Source: Phoronis australis (lineage: Eukaryota; Animalia; Phoronida). Taken from it: a DNA stretch of 64,000 bases. The DNA is taken from NCBI GenBank assembly GCA_002633005.1, contig NMRA01000281.1, positions 327,123 through 391,122 on the forward strand. The letters are read 5' to 3'. Position 1 is the stretch's first letter, and the number at the start of each line of letters is the position of its first letter. The position numbers and the translations under genes were made by a program. Under the pieces are notes generated by a model. That model searched no databases and was not told where the DNA came from. It was given only the letters and a program-made list of their open reading frames with translations. Shown here in pieces: positions 23,601 through 37,900 of the stretch.

Positions 23601-25933
23601 GAGCGCCAGCTAACAATTCGCAGACAACAAGTTTGAGAAAATATGTAGTTTTCTTGTAAAGCAAAGTCAATTGTCCTATGTTTCATATTTACGGTGATTA
23701 ATGCTCAATTACAAGGCATAAATTTGGGCCAACCGCAAAATTCGTTTCGTGGAGGATATACAGGTTCAGTGTTTTTACCACAATAACAACGATATAGCCT
23801 CAGTACAAAGCTGGTTTGTCAATGACGTTCTGAAAGCAAAACGGCTGTTTTATTACAATGCTGCTACGGGGCCGAAAACATCATACATTCAAGTTAACTT
23901 CACTGCTCGAGGTGAAAATACAAAGAAAAGACAAAAACCACATACAACTTCATTGGAAATTACCGCAAACAGATTTTAGGCTAAAATACAGTACAAGACA
24001 AAAATAATCAGATAAAACGTCATGGCGCCCAACTGAGTAAAAACAAAATGGCTGGAAATAACTAATATGGAGACAGAAAGGCTTGATTAGCCTCTTAACT
24101 AATTTTCCTGGTAATTTCTCTTCATTCTGGGTCATGAGGGAAAACCGTTCTGACCATGGATTTGGCATTTGGCCAGTGTCATGGAGGAGACGTCCCAGAC
24201 ATTTAGTCCGACTACTTTTGACATGCACTGTTGTTAATCCATGGATTGCAAAAACCTTTTTATTGCGCTCCATTTTCAGTACCAAAATATCTTACCATCA
24301 CCAATCTACGCAAATAAAAAACAAGATAATTCATAATTTTTATTCAATTATGAGCTCAAATAACAGCATATTTGAAAGACACAGGTAATTATAACAACAA
24401 CTGAGTTAGGAATTACAGCTACATAGTAGGACGATAGAGAATCTCATAACTTGCACCTTCAAGCTGCAGTCTGCCTTGATTAGCCGTTTGAAAAACAAAA
24501 ATCGAAATATGACTTTTACTCTCATAAAGTTGTGCTCTTGCCATGATGGGGTTTCATTTCCACTACAAGTTCACGTCAGAGGCAAAGTCTATTGTGCGAC
24601 ACTTAGAGAATTAGCAATTTTTAAGTAGGCCAACCACAGTACACAATGAAGCCTTCTCCTGAATCAATGTTCTCGTTGGAAACGGAAATAGAACCCTATC
24701 AAGCTAGGGAGTATTAGGGGAGATGTTATGAGATTAAACGATCTAATTCAACTTTCGTTTTTGAGTCAGCTAAACATAGCTACATGCAGCTTTAACTTCT
24801 ATCTATTCAACATTAACCATGTATTCAGAGGAATCCCAGAATGGATTTAAAAATACATTGTTGGAAATGCATTACAACAGCATTTCATGGTTTGACATCT
24901 ATCAACATTGAATCATAAAACATTGTACTTGCACTTGTACTTGAACAAATGTGAAATCATCCAACAAAATAATAAACATAAATGCCCATTACTACAAGTT
25001 ATTCTGAGTACTAGTATTTACCATACATCAAAGTTAGAGACGAGTATAAAACGACCAACCAACGCACAGGCCCATTCATGGGCTCTGAACTGGCCCCCTT
25101 TAGCCAAAGCAGCAAATAAAAACTATGGAGAAAATGGACGATTTCTATATTCTTCATTTCCACACACCACTGCATGTAAAGATCATGATATTAAACTTTG
25201 TTTTCTACTCATGTGATTCACAATTCTCTTCAGAAACTTATGGTTGCACTTGGAGTTCCCCTTTCGCAAAATGCTGGATCTGCCATTGCAGTAGTGACAA
25301 GATCATGAACCAACTGAACATTTCCGCTTGCATCTACACACGATCAATGGCTTAAAGAAACAAAAGCATATTTTCCTTATCTGATTACAATGGTAACAAA
25401 ATAGAACAAAAACTATTCTTAAAACAGTGACCCAACTTAAAACATCTTGACATTCACAAGGTGGCACTAGTGAAACATCAGCTTTATCAGCAGTCACCAG
25501 GTGGCGAGACTGGCTCAACTGTGAGTCAGCTCACCAACAACAACCAAACAACACGTGTCCACTCAAAAATTAGATTGGCAAAGAGGAATTTTGGGGTAAG
25601 GAAGAAAATAGGAATGAAATACCGGTAGTTATTAAAAGCAGAAGGTCACTTGGAACTGCTTTTGATTCCCAAGATAATCTCGTGCTTTTTCCTCTGAAAA
25701 TACTGCATGTGGTAACATGGGAGATAACTTTGACCAGATAATACATATTAGTGTTGGCTTACAAAGTAAATGGCCTTATCACTAGAAATGTGTTAATTCA
25801 GGTTAGCAACATCACTTATCCTATACACTACCTGTCCCCTATGCTAATACACAGCTTATTACTCAGATGAAAACACACGTCTATTTTATAACTGACATCA
25901 CTTAATGGATATCTTGATGTTCATTTGTCATGC

Positions 25934-28900
25934 TTACAATTTGCTGGAGAGAGTTTCATGGGATGGAAGTGAGGGGAATCCGTTATCAAACGCAGCGTTG
26001 AGAACATCCTCCAGACGGTTGGCAAAGATGAAGGAAATTTCTTTCTACAACATGAAATAGTATAGTTTGTAAATCAATGAAAAGCAATATCACAACCAAA
26101 TTTCAGTAGCCTATTCAATGGAAGATATTAAACAAAGGGCCACTTAAACAGAGTTTCTCATTTTGTTGCAGTGCAGTACATGCAATCAAGTAAATCTGAA
26201 TTAAATTTTCTGAACAACATTTTTCCAACAATTTCAAATACAAGGACATAAAAAAGGGGAAAGTCATCTTGACTGCAAGTCATCCTGAAAGACCTAATGT
26301 GATTTTTCGTTTTTAGCCGATTAAATGGGACAAAATGCAGTTTTAAATGTCATGTACATCACAGACAAAAGCTGACAACACAGGACTACATGGTCCCACT
26401 GCCATACAGAACAAATTGAAATGTTTAATCCTCAAATGAGATATCCCCAAATTTGAAAGTTGAATGTGACTGGCCTTTACAGCATGTTGGAAAAAATATC
26501 CAGCATTGGAACATATGTCAACAAGGGATAGACGAATTTTGCTGAAAAATGATTGAAGTACCGAGTGACCTTGCCAATCAACGAAGTTGTGGTAAGTAAG
26601 CTGCGGTAAGTGATATTTAAATTTCAAATTTAATGGATATCCCATTTTGAGGTTTAGCTCTTCAATGAGATTATGAATAGACCAGCCTAATAGTCCAACG
26701 TGAATAGACCAGCCCAATAGTCGAACATGATTTGTTATTTAGAGATAGAGCGCATCCCCTTTTGCTACAAAAAATTATTCAACTCGTGAGATGGTTGGCC
26801 AATCACTACATGTCATTTTTGAGACATGGCTATGTGAAATGCAGAGGCGGATCTACAGGGGGGTCAACCCCCCTCAGGACAGGATCAAAAATAAAAATAA
26901 AAAATTGTCACCAGGAAAACAAAATCAGCTACTAAAAACAAAAAAAAATCTTTCACGGGAGGGGAGAAACTCCCTCCCGACCTTCCCTCTACTTGGCACT
27001 AAACCCCCCTTACTGAAAACGTGGATCTGCCACTGAAATGGTGTAAATGAATTGCAGTCTATCTATGCACTGGGGTGAACCATGAATGACACTACTCAAT
27101 CAGCAATGGCACTCGTCTAAAGTTGCATTGATCCAGCACAAACTCTGAAAGTGCTTAAAACTGCCATTTACCTTATTTTGACATGTGACTACATTAATTT
27201 TCAACATCATTAAACCTTCCCTTAAAGCAGTGCATAACACAATCGTAAATTCGACATCCCAAAAATGAGAAGATACAATAAAAGCGGCTTCAATTGAAAG
27301 CTTTTTGGCTCCACGGACACGAGTGTGATGTATAAACCTACCCAGTACCAGTGTGTCATGTCCACCAGCAAGCGAATCTCTTATACAAATTTGTACCACA
27401 TTCGCGCTTCTCTGATGTCTTGCAGGAAAGTGAAGCGCATCACAGCGTGGACAAATACTGCGTTGCCACAACCACCACAAATGCAACGCCTCACCATTCC
27501 TTATTATACCATAAGCCACGGGAAAATGAGCAGCAACATCTGATGATTTTTCACACCAAACACAATAGAGCCGACGACTAGGCCTGTAACTGGTAGCCCC
27601 AGTTTATGTAGTATGTATCGAGCAATAAATGCTCTTAACTTGAGATCAGCTAATTAACACATCGTCAGATAGTGTTCGTGGATGTCATAATTTGACAGCT
27701 GATTGACTGGTGGTGTTGATTTCTTGTTTTTGATATAAAATTGGTGATTTCAAGCATTTTAATTTTAAGACACAGCTCATTTGCTCTATGCAATTTTTGT
27801 CACAATAATCCCACATCTTATTCCCCCATTCAAATTTCATGGCATTGCATTGCTTGGGGGCATCAGACAAGCAGTGGTGTACAGAGTCATGGGGTTACAC
27901 AATTATAGAGGTTGGGACATATCAACGAATTAACAGCTGCAGTTGTAATGTGTGTTATTTCTCTTTTCTTCTGTAGCAGTCAGTGCATGAGTTTTGCCAT
28001 TCAAATTACGAAAACACCCAATTTGTAATGAATGGTTATTAGTTTTTATAGATCACATGTCTACAAAAGGTCAGGAAAGAATGTTGCCATGAAAAGGCAG
28101 CAGTTATCACTGACACCCATCTCTTTAAACAAAAAAAGCCAGTCACTGTGCTGAGTGCCTAGTTTAATCCTAACCAGTGAGAGGCATTCATAGGTTAAAC
28201 AAAAGAAGTCAGTCACTGTGCTGAGTGCCTAGTTTAATCCTAACCAGTGAGAGGCACTCATAGTTTCCAGCTGGAAAATGAGATGTAGCGTGTAATGCTA
28301 TATAACTTTTGAATGGTGTTGACAGGACTTAAATGAGCTCACCTTGACATTATCAGGTAACTCCTGCAGGTCTTTTTTATTTCTCGCAGGTAAGATGACC
28401 CGTGTGACCCCAGCACGGTGAGCCGCCAGTACTTTTTCCTTTATGCCACCAACCTGGAAATCAAGACACTAAGTTATCACAGGAACACAACATAATATTA
28501 GCACAGACATATTGTACAACAACACCACCTCTGAATATCTCTGGACACAAATTTAGAGAATTTAAAGCTGCTGTAAACTTACATTTTGTCAAAAATGTGA
28601 TAAATTAAAGCAACTTGCTGTTCTAAAACTAGTCCCAACTTGTTCAGGGCTCATATTAGAATGATTTCTGGGCTTGGTGAGCCATTTCATGCAACAACCA
28701 TGACCTCAAACAGAAACTAAAATGTCAAAGCGAGGCTATGACCTCAAACCGTCTCAAGCCCAGCAATCACTTCTAATCTGAGTAAACACAAGTTGATAGC
28801 AGATTCAGATCAGTAGGTGACCTAAATCACAACTCATTTATTGATAGAAGGCAGGTTTATACTGAACAACATTAAAGTGATGACAAGAGTTAATTTTACT

Positions 28901-31900
28901 CTTGTTCCACTATGGACAGAATGGAGGCCTGAAACGATTTCTGAAACATGAAACTGATTTATTTTTAATTTGAAGACGACAGTACTGTATGGCTCCAATT
29001 ACAAAATTGCACTCACTGGCAACACCTGTCCTCTCAAAGTCACTTCACCAGTCATGGCTGTGTCTGACCTGACACATCGAGTACAAAACAACGACACAAG
29101 TACGGTCACTATAGTGACGCCAGCTGATGGTCCATCCTTGCTAATGGCACCAGCGGGGAAATGAATGTGTACGTCTGTTTTGTCCAAGAGACCACTGTTG
29201 TCCAGTTCCAGCTGTAAATATAAAGAAATTGATGTGATTCCAACAGACACACAACATTCATATGAAACATGCAAATTCTGTTTCTGTATTTTATCAGCCA
29301 CACGAGATTCTGTGACTTACAACCAAAGTCCTGTAGCCATTGACAAATACATGGCTGTGAAATTGAAGACTTCAAATTCCCCAAATATGTGACAGCACAT
29401 GTCTAGCAACTACAAGTAATCAGACAAAATATTGTTTCGTCATGACGGATAATTCGGTTAACAACACAAGTGACTGGTATCAATAATAACTATTACGGGG
29501 ACAAAATTATGATTACAGAACGACTTGGTCATCTTTATACTAACTTCGCTGGTAATTCCCCTTTATTCAAGGGAAACCATTCTCATGAAGAATATGGAAT
29601 CTGCCCAGCTGTCATGATGGGGAATCCCGGGCCATTTTGTCTGTGAAAGACTACTTTAGGCATGTACTGCACTAGAAGTTGCAGTTTGGATATACCATCC
29701 AATACTTCTAGTAAGAGAATTCTACCCATTGGCTAAACAAAAATATGTGAAATTTCATTCCTAAAAACCGATGTACCTGTTGTGAGTGACTACGTAACCA
29801 TGACAATGCCAGCGTGGCCGACTCTTTCATCACTTCTCCTAATTGACCGGTCAGCGTCACTTTGCCCTCTCCGTCCATCTTGGATGCCTCCACAAACATG
29901 ATCTGACCGCCGACTGCCGTCCAGGCTAGACCTATAGCCACACCTGGATGACTCAATCGCTCCAACATTTCACTCTCATACTGTGCAGGCTGAAATTTAA
30001 TCATTAAATCATTCACTAGTCAAAGAATGGAATCTTTTCCTTTTGTAAGAACAAGACTTGCCAGTCATGAGGACAAAATAAGGGAGAATTTCGTACACCA
30101 ACATTGCACGTAAACATACCAGGTTCAGAACAAGAATGGCTATTATCTTGGGACATGCCTGTAATTCAACAGATAGTCATGTTTGTTTAATTTTTTTTAA
30201 GTCAGGAAAAACAATTCAAAGCAAGCTCTTTAATGAAACAAGTTGACACTTCTAGTGTTTCATGCAATATTAGGGGCATGTGTGACGGGACGTTCGTAAC
30301 TTTACGCTTATTGTTATTCTTATTTAGTTGCAAATGTTCAGTTATTCTTATGCTAATGTCTTTGTTGCGCCTTTGTTACGTGGGCATGTGGGCGCGACTG
30401 TATGTGTCGGGCACTTCGCTAGCGACAGGCTTAGGAGAAGGGTGTTTCCTTCTTTTGCTTTCATGGAAAGTTGATCGTTATCATGTGCAAATTGAACTGA
30501 AACGAATGCCTGATGAGAGAAAATACATATTCTGAGGTTCAGTGGAGACTTACTCTGTNNNNNNNNNNNNNNNNNNNNNNNNNNNNNNNNNNNNNNNNNN
30601 NNNNNNNNNNNNNNNNNNNNNNNNNNNNNNNNNNNNNNNNNNNNNNNNNNNNNNNNNNNNNNNNNNNNNNNNNNNNNNNNNNNNNNNNNNNNNNNNNNNN
30701 NNNNNNNNNNNNNNNNNNNNNNNNNNNNNNNNNNNNNNNNNNNNNNNNNNNNNNNNNNNNNNNNNNNNNNNNNNNNNNNNNNNNNNNNNNNNNNNNNNNN
30801 NNNNNNNNNNNNNNNNNNNNNNNNNNNNNNNNNNNNNNNNNNNNNNNNNNNNNNNNNNNNNNNNNNNNNNNNNNNNNNNNNNNNNNNNNNNNNNNNNNNN
30901 NNNNNNNNNNNNNNNNNNNNNNNNNNNNNNNNNNNNNNNNNNNNNNNNNNNNNNNNNNNNNNNNNNNNNNNNNNNNNNNNNNNNNNNNNNNNNNNNNNNN
31001 NNNNNNNNNNNNNNNNNNNNNNNNNNNNNNNNNNNNNNNNNNNNNNNNNNNNNNNNNNNNNNNNNNNNNNNNNNNNNNNNNNNNNNNNNNNNNNNNNNNN
31101 NNNNNNNNNNNNNNNNNNNNNNNNNNNNNNNNNNNNNNNNNNNNNNNNNNNNNNNNNNNNNNNNNNNNNNNNNNNNNNNNNNNNNNNNNNNNNNNNNNNN
31201 NNNNNNNNNNNNNNNNNNNNNNNNNNNNNNNNNNNNNNNNNNNNNNNNNNNNNNNNNNNNNNNNNNNNNNNNNNNNNNNNNNNNNNNNNNNNNNNNNNNN
31301 NNNNNNNNNNNNNNNNNNNNNNNNNNNNNNNNNNNNNNNNNNNNNNNNNNNNNNNNNNNNNNNNNNNNNNNNNNNNNNNNNNNNNNNNNNNNNNNNNNNN
31401 NNNNNNNNNNNNNNNNNNNNNNNNNNNNNNNNNNNNNNNNNNNNNNNNNNNNNNNNNNNNNTTGCTGTTCTAAAACTAGTCCCAACTTGTTCAGGGCTCA
31501 TATTAGAATGATTTCTGGGCTTGGTGAGCCATTTCATGCAACAACCATGACCTCAAACAGAAACTAAAATGTCAAAGCGAGGCTATGACCTCAAACCGTC
31601 TCAAGCCTAGCAATCACTTCTAATCTGAGTAAACACAAGTTGATAGCAGATTCAGATCAGTAGGTGACCTAAATCACAACTCATTTATTGACAGAAGGCA
31701 GGTTTATACTGAACAACATTACAGTGATGACAAGAGTTAATTTTACCCTTGTTCCACTATGGACAGAATGGAGGCCTGAAACGATTTCTGAAACACGAAA
31801 CTGATTTATTTTTAATTTGAAGATGACAGTACTCTATGCCTCCAATTACAAAATTGCACTCACTGGCAACACCTGTCCTCTCAAAGTGACTTCACCAGTC

Positions 31901-34900
31901 ATGGCTGTGTCTGACCTGACACATCGAGTACAAAACAACGACACAAGCACGGTCACTATAGTGACGCCAGCTGACGGTCCATCCTTGCTAATGGCACCAG
32001 CGGGGAAATGAATGTGTACGTCTGTTTTGTCCAAGAGACCACTGTTGTCCAGTTCCAGCTGTAAATATAAAGAAATTGATGTGATTCCAACAGACACACA
32101 ACATTCATATGAAACGTGCAAATTCTGTTTCTGTATTTTATCAGCCACACGAGATTCCGTGACTTACAACCAAAGTCTTGTAGCCACTGACAAATACATG
32201 GCTGTGAGAAGACTTCAAATTCCCCAAATATGTGACAGCACATGATTAGCAACTACAAGTAATCAGACAAAATATTGTTTCGTCATGACGGATAATTCGG
32301 TTAACAACACAACTGACTAGTATCGACAATAACTATTACGGGGACATCATTATAATTACAGAATGACTTGGTCATCTTACTAACTTTGCTAATAATTGCC
32401 CTTTATTCAAGGGAAACCATTCTCATGAAGAACATGGAATCTGCCCAGTTGTCACAATGGAGGATCCCGGGTCATTTTGTCTGTGAACAGGGCTTGGAAT
32501 GACCAATGACAAAAAACGCGGAAACTTTTACGGCCCAAAACATGCGCGCTACCAAGCCTTGAAATAGTCGATATGAATTTTCGCCAAAAATCGGGAGGAT
32601 TAAAAAAAAAACGTTACCACCATCAGTAGCATGAGTCTGCGTCCTTTTAGCTCGTCCGTCCACTCCCAACCCACACATTTCTGGCTGCAGAGCCTTAGTA
32701 TTTGTCGCCGCGGTTTACAATAACACGAGATGCCATTGAAAATCCCACCACGCTATCCCAGATGCCCCGGCAATGTTGACAATTTACGTTCCTCCGAAAA
32801 ATAAAGAGCAACTTCCGCTTTTCGAGGTGAATGTCGTCTGCAACGCCGTGGTAAGAAAGGAATTTGCCGCGGAAATTTTATATCAAGTCCGATTTTTTTT
32901 ACGCGGAAATACAATAAAATGCGCGTACAGAACATTTGAAAAAAGTGGAAATCCACGTTTCTGCGGAAAATTCCGAGCCCTGTGTGAAAGAATACTTTAG
33001 GCATGTACTGCACTAGAAGTTGCAGTTTGGATATACCATCCAATACTTCTACTCAGAGAATTCTACCCATTGGCTAAACAAAAATATGTGAAATTTCATT
33101 GTTTCCTAAAAACCGATGTACCTGCTGTGAGTGACTACGTAACCATGACAATGCCAGCGTGGCCGACTCCTTCATCACTTCTCCCAATTGACCGGTCAGC
33201 GTCACTTTGCCCTCTCCGTCCATCTTGGATGCCTCCACAAACATGATCTGACCACCGACTGCCGTCCAGGCTAGACCTATAGCCACACCTGGATGACTCA
33301 ATCGCTCCAACATTTCACTCTCATACTGTGCAGGCTGAAATTTAATCATTAAATCATTCACTAGTCAAAGAATGGAATCTTTTCCTTTTGCAAGAATAAG
33401 ACTTGCCAGTCATGAGGCCAAAATAAGGGAGAATTGCTTACAGCAATATTGCACGTAAACATCCCAGGTTCAGAACAAGAATGGCTATTATCTTGGGACA
33501 TGTCTGTAATTCAACAGATAGTCTTGTTTTGTTTTAATTTTATAAGTCAGGAAAAACAATTCAAGGCAAGCTCTTTAATGAAAAAAGTTGACACCTCTAG
33601 TGTTTCATGCAATATTAGGGGCATGTTAAATCATCTCAAAATGAATTCATCTTAGTGTGAAGCTTCAAATTTTTGGCCTATCAAAGCAAGACAGTACAGC
33701 AATAGTCTGGCTAATTATGCATTTCATAAACCACCTTCATACCATCACTCACCCCCAGTATATCCTCCAATGCAGCCTCATCAATAACAAAAGGTAGCTC
33801 AGGGGGGTGCCGGGAATCCTTTGCCTCCTGGTTCTCATGATCGCCCAGAGCATCATGGGCTATGTCCTTGCCCAATGCATTCTGTGCCTGGTCGTAAGTC
33901 ACGTCTTTACCACAAGCCCCTTCAGCCACCCGTACTGCCACCGCCCGGCACACGGCGCCTATTTTTCTCTCCAAACTTCTTACACCAGCTTCACGAGTGT
34001 AGGACGAAACTGGGTTGCAAAGATAAAACAAAAAGACCCCATGACTAGAATGACTCGACATGTGCTAAATGCTATTTGTTCAAGGTAGACAGACCACAAC
34101 ATATACTGGATTTAAGACAAATCTACCCTCCAGTATTCCTGGATATGGAGAGAGCACAATGGAAAATGCGAAACAAAGCATGTCATCACATGTACAGAGT
34201 TGAAATGTGAAAACTTTTCTATGAAAGTGGCACTCCCATCAGCCACTCACACAAACTTGTTGAAACTCTGATGTCTCTGTGAGGCAAAAGTATTCAGACA
34301 AATGATCCAGAACACCCGTCATGACGGCCAGGTGGACACCAAATTCATCATCAGAGTGGTCTTCTCTAATGAATGAGAATAAAGAAGGAATTAATTGGGA
34401 AACTTAGTAAGTGGTCAAGCCATTCTATAAACAGAATATTTGCCACCATAACTGTTATTAGCAGTCATGTTTGTTGGTAACTGAATTTATTTAGCCATTA
34501 TGATGGGGGACATGGTATCTTTTGATTACTTTTGCCTTGTACTGCACATCCAGAAAAAAAGTTAATAAAGACATTAGACAACCTAGGTAAAAATGAGTTA
34601 TAAATTCCTTATTAACAATTAAATGGTCAAACTTTAAAGTCCAATATTTCTCCATTACTGTTGATGCCTATCCTATCATTATATGTGAGGCAATACACTC
34701 TCCAGTCCTGCAGACTACTCTCAACCCAACTTGACCTCTGTACATGCTCCTCATTAACATTATGTAGCACGTTATCATCAACAGTGTGTATTTAGCCAAG
34801 TTAACTCAGTGAAAGCACATATTTAATATTTTCTGAAAGAAGAAAGCCTGAAGAATTTGATTTTTTAACAATTTGTAATTCGTAGGGTCATGAGACCATG

Positions 34901-37900
34901 TCTTTTGGTAAAAATTAAAGATATATTGATAACAAAACAACAGGATCAATAACACTTATTTATAAAGTTACATTTGATAAATACTAAATGTTCAAGATAA
35001 AATCTCAAAAAACTATTACAATTTATGAATTATTTTTATTTTTTCGTTTTACGCAACTTTAGTCTTTCTTCATGAAAATCATAAAACTTCCAATTTTGAT
35101 AGACCCTCATGCAGAAGTTTCATATGAATAAGATCAACCATTTCTGAGATATGATGTTCTGAAGTTAACCAAATTTGGACATTTTTCTAGCGTCCTAACT
35201 AACCTTAAGTGAAATTAAATTGGGTTTTAATTTTGTTGAAAACAACTAATTCTTACAAAAATATGAAAATAAAAACTTCAGCAGCTTTGTACCACCTGTT
35301 GATAAACTGCACCTTTTGAGACATCATACAAACAAGGGAAAATTGTACCTGCGGCTACAAACCTAAGCCCATGAGGCTAAATTTGATAAATTTATCAAAC
35401 ACAAACCCACTGCCTTACTCAGACTAAAGCCTTCTCTTACCAATCTTTCTGACAGTAGCCTCAGGAATATCCACATGTTCTTTGCTCAGTCCATGGGCTT
35501 TGTATTGCTTGGACAAAAGATATTCTCTGGCAATCTGCACCTGTAGGTCATAGAGATGAAGTTTTGTCAGTTTAATGTAACAATCCTTACCAATTAGTTT
35601 ACCGTTATCTTTTAACCCAAAACTCTTTTATTCTTTTTCCAGTTAATACATTCATTTACCCAGAAATCTGAATAAGACTGTTGTTCACATTAGCAGTAAA
35701 CAAACACAACTCTATTGTGCAGTTAGCTTGATTGTAAATTTGTCAAATAATAACAAACAAAATCTTCCATTTCAGCAAACGTGTTTACAGTCATTTATAC
35801 TGTGTTTAAAGTAACATACATTTTAGGGAAAATTAAGATTTATGTAAAATTAAAGCCCCAGGCAGCACCATCTGTGAAACCACCATTTTGGTTCATTTTG
35901 TGGTGGAACAAAGCATTTTGTATTTTAATACAAGTTAGCATTGCGAATTACACAATGTCATGATAAAACCATGAACTGAATGGCGTTCATTGATTGTTTC
36001 AATGGATTGATGCAACAATGCTAAGTTGATCTGAAGTCTGTGATTTAGGCTAATGAACTAATTAGCACTTTGTGGGAGATGGGATTGCATTTCCACGATT
36101 ATTATTTCCGCGACAGTACTAAATGCATTAAACCCTTCCTCTGATTTATTCCCTGCATATGACCAAGCTGTAAGTCTTTTTACAAAGTAGAACACTGTAT
36201 GGAGTTAGCTCAAACCTTCTCTTCTTCTGTGTATCCGTGCACATCAATCATTTCCATTCTGTCCAACAGGGGTCCTGGTATACCCTGAACGCTGTTGGCT
36301 GTGGCAATGAACAAAACTTGAGAAAGATCGAATGGAACATTCAGGTAGCTGGTGAAGCATTAAGGAGCCTGTATAAAGGCACTTGATATTTGACAAGAAT
36401 TGAATGTCTACTAAAATTCCACAATTACGAGATAAATGCCGCCGGGACAATCATAACATTTTACACACAACAAACGCAAGGCGATCATTTATATTAATGA
36501 TAAATCCAACAATCTTGATAATTACTGACTGTTTTGATTTCCAATCAAACAAAATGCATATCAAACTCTCTGGAATGGGTGGTTCTAAACAGATTTCTGT
36601 CTAATGATTAATAGTCTAAACTTCCCACAGAAATGTCTCAATTTCAGCATCATGGCATGTTTGTGCGATTAAAATGAACTACAAGCCCTCGGAATGCCAA
36701 TGCTACTACAACACCTTACCACATTATGAGAGTAAGCCAAGATGGTATACAGGAGTATAGTCCACCCTCGCTTTCGATGTAAATTATGATATTAAGCGGG
36801 ACATTCCATTAAAGTTATATAGGACCTTGTCTACTAGTCTGTATTTGCCAAAGTATTTAGAAAACTCTAGAGTAAAGTAGATATTTTCTGAAAGTAGAAT
36901 TTGATGTTTGACCTTTATACCAATCTGCCATTAATTGGGTCACGGGACCATGCCATTTTAGTAAAATCTAGCAAAAAGAAAGGTACAGTCAAAGCGAAAC
37001 AACGGTATTAATAGCATGATTGACTAAATCTCTGTACAAACCAGAGACTGAATGCAGTCGAGATCTTTCAAAATTAACAATATTCAGGAATATGACAAGA
37101 AAAAATCATGACATTTTACAAGTTATTTTACATTTATGGGTTTAATGAGAAATTACTTTTGGCACTTCAACACAATAACTGGGATATCCTGTTATTATCT
37201 GGTATAACAGTAAGTGGGCTCCACTATATGTGAACACTGAACAAGGATACTGGTCGGTGAATGTGTGGTTCTGCTCGGGGTCAAGAACTTCCAGCAAGGC
37301 TGCAGCAGGGTCGCCGTGCAAACTCTTACCCTGAAAAAATAAACACAAACCGTGTTATACTGTACACAGTAAGGTTTCTGCCTACATTGGACAAAAAGCC
37401 ATCCCCAGATTTTTCAACAATTTTTAGACAATTTAAATACCTTCTAAGGTTTTGTTATTTTTGGCCTAACCGTTCTTCCTTAAAGTCTTGGGTGTACACT
37501 AAAACAATAAAAAAATTAATGAAAGACATACCATTTTGTCCACCTCATCTAGTAAAAACACAGGGTTGTTAACGCCGACTGTTTTGAGTCCCTGAATAAT
37601 CCGCCCTGGCATTGAGCCAATGTAGGTTCTTCTGTGACCACGAATGTCTGACTGATCACACACGCCACCCAGTGAGATCCTGTGAAACAAATGACTGCTA
37701 GGCTAGAATTCTACAGTACACGTCACAAATTATCACACAAAATGACCAGGGATTTGGCAAGCAGAATTTCCAGTAACAGACACTTAGTTGCTTCCTGTAT
37801 TTTGAGAACCAATATTCTCCACTAAATAACAGGCGTCAAACTGGTTCTCAAAATGCATGACTCCTGTAAATGACTATAACAGTAGCCAGGACTGGGATAC

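Larger units (their letters stand above)
28615..33625. repeat. Near-identical duplication 28615-30280 / 31462-33625 across the gap (LONP2 exons 15-16), probably haplotypic
   Basis: Colinear copies with SNPs and indels; exon translations are identical. Confidence 0.85.

Noticed and set aside
30513-31567. 311-341 aa ORFs
   Set aside because: They consist of N-gap residues.
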